A stretch of DNA of 64,000 bases from Eledone cirrhosa (Eukaryota). A model generated the notes under the pieces. That model was not told the origin of the DNA. It did not search any database and worked only from the letters and a program-made list of their open reading frames with translations. A program made the translations under genes and the position numbers. Shown piece by piece: positions 56,340-64,000 of the stretch (the stretch's first letter is position 1; each line of letters begins with the position of its first letter). The stretch is taken from contig OZ024746.1 in the NCBI GenBank assembly GCA_964016885.1, positions 55,614,001 through 55,678,000 of the forward strand, read 5' to 3'.

Positions 56340-56964
56340 TATAAGTAAAATTATTGTGATATTCATTTTAGTGATAGTAATCCAAATACGAGTCACACCA
56401 ACGGATGATATACTAGGTGTCGTGATTTAATACATATTATAATAGGCGGCGGATTGGCAGAGTCGTTAGAACGTCAGATAGAATACTTTATGGTATTCGT
56501 TCCGGTTCTCTGCTCTCTGAGTTCAAATCCCACTGAGGTCAACTTTCCCTTTCATCCTTTCGAGGTCGATAACATTACCAATATAGTAGTGTGGTCGATT
56601 CTTCCTCTCTATTGAAAATATTTGCTGTACTTACGTCTGGAGAAGGATGGGATCTGCCAGACATAAAATGCCCAAGAATCGCCGTATTGTAATACGGCAT
56701 TCCTACGACTCTATCATGAGTTACGGAATCATACCATACAATAATACTAGTAGACACATCTTGTACGCCACCCACACACGAAAGCTACGATTTACTCAAA
56801 ACAGTCTGAAATGTTTATTTTAGAACACAAATCTAAGATAAAGAGGTTGGTGTACAAATGTTATAAATGTTATAAAATACTTACCTACATACCCGAAATA
56901 AGCGTCGAGAGATAACTTTGTTGACAATCTGTCTGTATATCTGACCCTGAATCTCTCTCACTCA

Positions 56965-57010
<46 letters not shown>

Positions 57011-57119
57011 GTATATATTTATATATATATATACATGTATATGTATATATGTATATATTTATATATATATATACATGTATATGTATGTATGTATATATAT
57101 ATATACACGTATATGTATG

Positions 57120-57150
<31 letters not shown>

Positions 57151-57161
57151 ATATATACATG

Positions 57162-57205
<44 letters not shown>

Positions 57206-57223
57206 TGTATATATATATACATG

Positions 57224-57299
<76 letters not shown>

Positions 57300-57317
57300 C
57301 ATGTATATATATACATG

Positions 57318-57391
<74 letters not shown>

Positions 57392-57407
57392 TGTATATAT
57401 ATACATG

Positions 57408-57443
<36 letters not shown>

Positions 57444-57447
<4 letters not shown>

Positions 57448-57754
57448 GTATAGGATTATCCAAGATGTAGTAATGGTTAATTACTACACTGGATATGGTT
57501 GACATACGGTAAGAGGTTACTCTACGAGTTATGGAAGAATTGTTGAAGAAACTTTGTTCCTGATCCTTCAGTATTCCGGAGTGTATATAAAGAATGAATA
57601 ATAACAGGTAGACATCATAAAAAGGTAATTTATTCCGTGTGCTTACAAGTGTTTCCACGGTGGTACTGCAGCCTAGTTATGCTACGTGCAAATTCAAAAG
57701 TACTTGCAGAACTCAAATATCCAATGCTGTGACCACTGTTTCATCAGAGCAGAA

Positions 57755-57756
<2 letters not shown>
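57444..57756 (-). mobile_element. TA-embedded Penelope-like pseudo-LTR / solo retrozyme unit
   Basis: A ~310-bp unique island between two TA tracts, containing the HHR at 57640-57751. Confidence 0.65.
57640..57751 (-). ncRNA. Type I hammerhead ribozyme with long stem II
   Basis: Reverse complement: TGCT-CTGATGA-aACAGTGGT...ACCACCGTg-GAA-AC-actt-GT-A-AGCA. The core is canonical and the GUA triplet maps to 57646-57644. Confidence 0.75.
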
Positions 57757-57794
<38 letters not shown>

Positions 57795-58749
57795 CTAACA
57801 GCGGTACCCGGCGTTGCACGGGATAAGGTATTTTGGAACGCGGGTCGCGAACGGACCTAATCGTGCAAAAAATGAATGCCTGGATAATATGTAAAGAAAA
57901 GAAACCGAATAGTCTGATGGCTGGATAATTTTAAAGATTTTCCTCGATGAAGCAGGAAAAATGCAGTGTTTCACTTAATGCGGGCCCTAGGGCATCAAGA
58001 AAATGAATTTTTTTTACGTGCATAATATGCCTTGACATTTCGGGAAAAAATCAGCTCGACGTAACGCCTCAAAAAAGTCTTAAAAAACTGAAAAAATGAA
58101 GTTTTTCACCTAATGCGGACCCTAGGCCATAACAAATTTGGATTTTCTTTGCTCACGGTATGAAGAAGAGACTGACTAATACATACTTACAATTTCAAGG
58201 AAATCGATCTGACGTAACGCCTCAAAAAAAAGCCTAGAATCCTGAAAAAAACGCAGTTTTTCATCTAATGCGGGCCCTAGTGGATCAATATGTTCATTTT
58301 TTTATGTGCATAACACACTCTGAAACATAAGTAACATATATTAAAGTTAGAAAAAAGTCAGCTGGGTACTTCGAGTTTTAGGGTTTCAAACTCACAGACA
58401 CACACGCACACACACACACACACGCACATACACACACACACACAGACAGCCTCCGGCAAGTGACGCAATGCAGACAGTCATACATACATATATTATAAGG
58501 GCGCGACGTTATATGTATGTATCTATCTAAAAATGGGAAGACTAAGAATTATAGAGAGAGATCGCTATATCGTCTAATGCGGTCCGTAGGGCATTGCAAA
58601 TTTGAAATTTTCTTTGCCCAGAATACTCCTTGAAGCATAAGTATTACATGTGTAAAGTTTTAAAACAGTCGGTTGGGTGCTTTTCGATTTTTAGGGATTC
58701 AAACTCACACACACACAGACAGATATTCTCAGTTGTATATATATATAGA
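57795..58749 (-). mobile_element. Non-autonomous Helitron
   Basis: Reverse complement begins a|tctatatatatacaactgag and ends with hairpin cccgtgcaacgccggg then taccgctgttag|t. Internal subrepeats taatgcgggccctag lie at about 57976, 58111, 58266 and 58575. Confidence 0.8.
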
Positions 58750-59227
58750 TATATAGATATAATAAATGAAGAATTAGAAATAGAAGCCATGAATATCCGT
58801 CATCAGTGGTCTACTTGCCATCATAGGTATTTCTTCGCATTACAGACCATATACCTCAAGCTAGGGCGATACAATAACTAAATTAAGTTATTGGGATATA
58901 TATATATATCCAATGAATGAACGTGGCCTAGTGGTGTTGGACTTACGATCATAATGTCGTAGATTCGATTCCTGAGTTGCGTTTTGTGTTCTTGAACAAA
59001 ACACGTCATTTCACGTTACTCAAGCATACTCAGCTGGAAATGAGTACCAGCAAGACTGCAACCGTCCTTTCCCGGCCACAGTCGCATTCTCAGTCGCTTC
59101 ACGCTATAAACTCGGGATAAGCGCCGGCCAAATGAGCCTTCTAGCTTAAGACATACTTTAGACTTTGTTTTATGTATATATATATATATATATATATATA
59201 CGGACACACACATACACTCTTTCGCGG

Positions 59228-59325
<98 letters not shown>

Positions 59326-60747
59326 ATACATACACGCATATGGCACTCCTCCTTCACCATCTTGAAGATGTGATTGGTATTCACATAATAGTGTTATATA
59401 ATCCTACATTATATATGGAGATGCAAATAATGGTGGAGGCTGCAGTATGTCGCGTTTCCTGATATGAGATAGCAATTGACTATGGGAGTAATTGGTAGAA
59501 GGCTTCATCATTTATTCTAAGCGTATATAACTCTAATAGATTATGATTAGTATATTTATTGACCAATATGTCAGAGTATTTGAAAGTTAAGTAATGTGTT
59601 ATATGACCTAATATTAGACATAAATTCTATACACTTATAATTAGTTTAAGTTAACAGTTCCTTAAGATGATGAAGTGTATGGGAAATATTAACAACATGA
59701 AAATGTATCATCCATCTCTCCAAAGGAGTATATTTATTTATATGTGTTGTTTAGTTTTAATTGTCACTCGTCTGTAGTTTGGAATTTGTCTGGACAATTT
59801 TTTAAGTTTGTTTGAAAAGGCTGTTTATTTTTCATTAATAAACAGTTTTTGTTTATTCATGAAAAGGTGGTGGATTGGCAGTAATGGTAGGTGGTCGGAC
59901 GCCATGCTTTGACGTATAGAGTTATGGCCCTTGCCATTCTGAGTTCAAATCCCGCCAAGGTTAACTTTGCTTTTCATCCTTTCGGGGTCGATAAAATAAT
60001 GTACCAGTAATGCACTGGGTAATTGCTGGCCTTGTGCCTAACGTAGAAACAATTAATAAACAGTTTTTGTGCGTATTTGTTCTCTTTCTGCCTATCAACC
60101 TTGCTGTGTTTTCCTACAGAACATGCTGAGTTCTTTCAACGCAGTCTATTTGAAATATTTCCCGGGGAGTGAGAAAGAGACGGAATTCGTTCGTTTAAAC
60201 ACATTTTATCATGGTTTGAAGTTGCAGATTCAAAATAGTCTTGCATCTGTTAGAAATAACAGCCAAACCACAATTTATTGCCATAAACTGACTCTGAATA
60301 ATATAATTGTTTCTACTTTTGGCACAAGACCAGCAATTAAATCGGTGTATTACTGGTACTTTATTTTATCGATCACGTAAGGATGAAAGGCAAAGTTAAC
60401 CGCAGTGGTATTTGAACAAAAAGGGCCGTAACTCTATGCTGCAAAGCATGGCGTCCGACCCTCTACTGATACTGCCAATCCAAGGAGGTCATGAACAGAA
60501 TGTTTCTGAGCAAAGACACTCCAGGCATGCATATATCATTATGCCCCTTTAAGATGTGAGATTGTGATTCGGCTGTTAAATCTTGCAGGTCTATATGCCG
60601 TGTACAAGACACACTTACAGTATATTGTACATGGCGTTATTGAATTTCTCATCTGTTTATCAATTTATGCATTACAGTAAACAAACAAAGAATTATACAT
60701 GAAATAGTATTTCATCATATGTCTGTCTGAATGTCTCTCCCTCTCTC

Positions 60748-60828
<81 letters not shown>

Positions 60829-60880
60829 ATATATATATATATATATATATTTATGTACACATATATATATTTATGTGTGA

Positions 60881-61030
60881 AGGCGCATGGCTTAGTGATT
60901 AGAACATTGGGCTTGCAATCGAAAGGTTGTGAGTTCAATTCTCGGACCGGGTGATGTGTTGTTTCCTTGAGCAAGACACTTTATTTCACGTTGCTCCCGT
61001 CTACCTCAGGTGTAGAAATGATTACCGGCC
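60881..61030 (+). mobile_element. SINE family B (CORE-like)
   Basis: A box tggcttagtgattaga, B box gagttcaattctc, then ccttgagcaagacactt. Diverged copies lie at about 12505-12600, 25790-25885(-), 33725-33840 and 58920-59050. Confidence 0.82.
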
Positions 61031-61207
61031 TCCCCCCCCCCCTCCCAACCAATGGGATGACGTTATCTTATGGCTAAAACAGCACGACGTACTGTGACCA
61101 GCGGCGCCGATTGGCGCCCAACAGTCTAGTCGGTCAAGGTGCTCAAGGTGATATATTTATGTATATATATATACATACATATATATATATGCGTGTGTGT
61201 GTGAGTG

Positions 61208-61242
<35 letters not shown>

Positions 61243-62803
61243 ATATATATACATGTATGTATCTTCGTTTTGTTTTATTCTTTCATACATTTTTACCAAT
61301 AGAGCCGGATTTTAAAATAGAAAAAATAATATCTCATTGGAATTTAGATATCAACTAGACGGTTACGTATGCATGTCTGTATGTGTTTGTGTGTGTGAGT
61401 GTGTATGTGTGTGTGTGTGTGTGTGTGTGGGTATGTATGTCAATGCATGTATGTATGTATATGTTTCTAGTTAGTAGCATATACAGGGATTATTTCCAAA
61501 AGCGGTATTTCCCAACTCTCCTGATGTTATGTGCCACATGTATAGAGACTTGATCTATGAATGGGTTTCTACGTTTGCTGGTTCATCATAGATGTTGTCG
61601 GAGAGATATGATGCGACACTCAAATATGATATGGATTGATGTGGAGCTACTGCCTCCCTGGTAACGTTTTATCGATGGCTCTGTTGAGGTGGAACATGCT
61701 AGTGCCAGTTAAAATTATGGGGTTTTAAAATCGTTGGCTCGGATCTCATCTAGCGCCCAGCCATTATGCCCTAACAAACCAAGAGTGATTGATATGTTCC
61801 GAAAACCGTATATTTCTTATTTTGGTATTATATTCTCTGGTTATATAATCTTTGTTATAAATTCAATCATTGTATATATTATCATCTACCCTACGTAACC
61901 TGGCCAAATACCAATCCTATATCCTTCGAGAATGATGTGACAGGGTCAATGTTTTCTCTATAACATTTCTATTGTCGGCATTCACTTTCAGATGGTTCGC
62001 AAATAATCTATGTCAAGTTAATGTCTCTGGTTTCCAGTGAACCAGTTACATATCTGTCATATTTCCTCAGCATAATGGACAAAGGGTGTACTGTATTAAC
62101 AGTATAAATAACATAGTCCTCTTGACATATACTCCTGAAATAATCTATTTGATCAGCGACTACGTAGCTACCGATATATGTATGTAACTTCCGGATTGTA
62201 GCCCAGGAAGACGGTGGCTAAAATAGCTCCGACAGCAATAACAATAGCATCAACAGCTGGGAGGAAACAGCAATAGCTACACTAGTAATCATGATAAAAA
62301 AAAAGAATGGAATCTAAAAACAACTACTGTAGCAACAATAACAACAATAAACACAAAACAACCCAAGGAATACCACAAGAACACAAACCACAATATTAAC
62401 AACTCACTTAAGAATAGCAACAAAAGTATCCCGAAAACCTAACAACTGTATGAATATTAACAACTGTATTACAAACTATAACGTTAGCAAATACATAAAG
62501 ATTACTACCAACAGAATCATTATAAAAACGCAGCAACATTTTAAAAAGTAATATTAACAATTGTAAGAACATAAGATAAATAATAAGAAAAGTACCAACA
62601 TAATGACTGAAAACAGAGAAGCTATGTGGAGAATTTTGTACTGAGATGCAGTTATATGAGGGAAACACACGTAATAAATTATGTGATATGAATAGGTAAT
62701 GGCGGACGAGAAGAAATATATAATGGTGATTGTAGTGATGATGATGGTAATGTGATGGTGGGGAGGAAAATGGAAAAAGGAAAACACGTAGTAGTAGTAG
62801 TAA

Positions 62804-62865
<62 letters not shown>

Positions 62866-62883
62866 ATGGCGGTGGTAGTAGTT

Positions 62884-62980
<97 letters not shown>

Positions 62981-63604
62981 GAGGAGGAGGAGGAGGAGGA
63001 AGAGGAGCAGTAGTAGTAGTCGTTGTAGTAGTAGTAGTAGTAGTATTGATGGCGGTGGTAGTAGTAGTAGTATTAGTTGTGCTGGTGGTGGTGATGGTGG
63101 TGGTGATTGTTTTGTGGTGTTGGTGGTGATGGTTTAGGTGGTGATGGTGCCGGTAGTAGTTCAAGAAGAAGAAGAAGAAGAATATGATGATGTTGATGAT
63201 GATGATGCAGAGGTGGAAGATGTAGTGCATTGAGGAGTAATAGTAGTACTGCTGCTCGTTTTCGTGATGATTGTTGTTGTTGTTGTGGTGTTGGTGGTGT
63301 GAATTTATTTGTGGTGTTGTTGGTGGTGGTGGAAGAAGAAGAAGAACATGATGATGTTGATGATGATGATGGTGATGCCGAGGAGGAGGAGGGTGCAGTG
63401 GACTGAGGTGTGGTATGATGAGGATTTAAGAAGTAAAGGAATAACAACATAAAATAATCTAAATATTAAGTTTCAGCTTAAGATTGGAATTTGTTTATTA
63501 TAAAAAGTGTATAAACATGATATTGACAATAACAATAATAATAACTGTTTCTACTTTTGGCACAAGGCCAGCAATTACCCCAGTACATTACTGGTACATT
63601 CACC

Positions 63605-63851
63605 ACCATAGTCGCTGATCTGGCCAGCTACAGGTGTGAGCCTCACGAGTTAGAATGGCTCTTCCAGCGCATCTACCTTACCATCCTCCGGTAAACGCCT
63701 TCTCCATTCTGTCTGCCGGGGCTGTGGGGAGGCCAGGACGTGGGACACTATTTGCACACCATGCAGAGAGATGGGGCGGGACAGGGAGATGGAGGCGATA
63801 ACAGTGGGAGTTCAGCTGTTCTTTCATGTTTGTTTAGCTTACAATTGCAAT
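63605..63851 (+). mobile_element. CRE-like element 3' fragment inserted in a family A SINE
   Basis: Translates ..EPHELEWLFQRIYLTILR*, homologous to 40066-40266. SINE halves lie at 63542-63598 and 63870-63993. Confidence 0.7.
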
Positions 63852-64000
63852 GATAATTTAAGCAGGTTTCTTTTTATCGATCCAGTAATGATGAAAGGCA
63901 AAGTTAACGTCGGCAGGGATTTGATCTCAGATCATAAAAGGCCGTGAGTCTTTGCTGCAAAGCATGGCGTCCGACCATCTACCGATACTGCCAAAATGAT

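Noticed and set aside
60881-60950. Possible tRNA genes (here and at other SINE heads)
   Set aside because: A and B boxes are present but there is no intact cloverleaf, and the sequence continues into SINE body.

Overview
This is AT-rich, repeat-dominated eukaryotic DNA. I recognise no intact host protein-coding gene. Almost all ORF-track entries are translations of (TA)n, (CA)n, (GAT)n, (TAG)n or (CAC)n microsatellites. The repeat make-up suggests a mollusc, probably a cephalopod such as Octopus (inference only). The window holds a near full-length but frameshifted Tx1/L1-clade LINE (1-4605) with several fragments, and about 35 copies of one tRNA-headed SINE whose 3' tail resembles the Tx1 tail. 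It also holds a second CORE-like SINE, RTE and CRE-like fragments, hAT, piggyBac-like and Tigger-like MITEs, and non-autonomous Helitrons. The most notable signal is a set of small non-coding elements sitting inside (TA)n tracts that carry type I hammerhead ribozyme (HHR) motifs and/or perfect fold-back palindromes (Penelope-like or retrozyme-like). The best example is an 842-bp element at 48802-49643 with two identical 251-bp direct repeats. Each repeat holds an HHR with the compensatory U3-A8 core (UUGAUAA), spaced to release a 591-nt monomer. All structures were read by eye and no searches were run.
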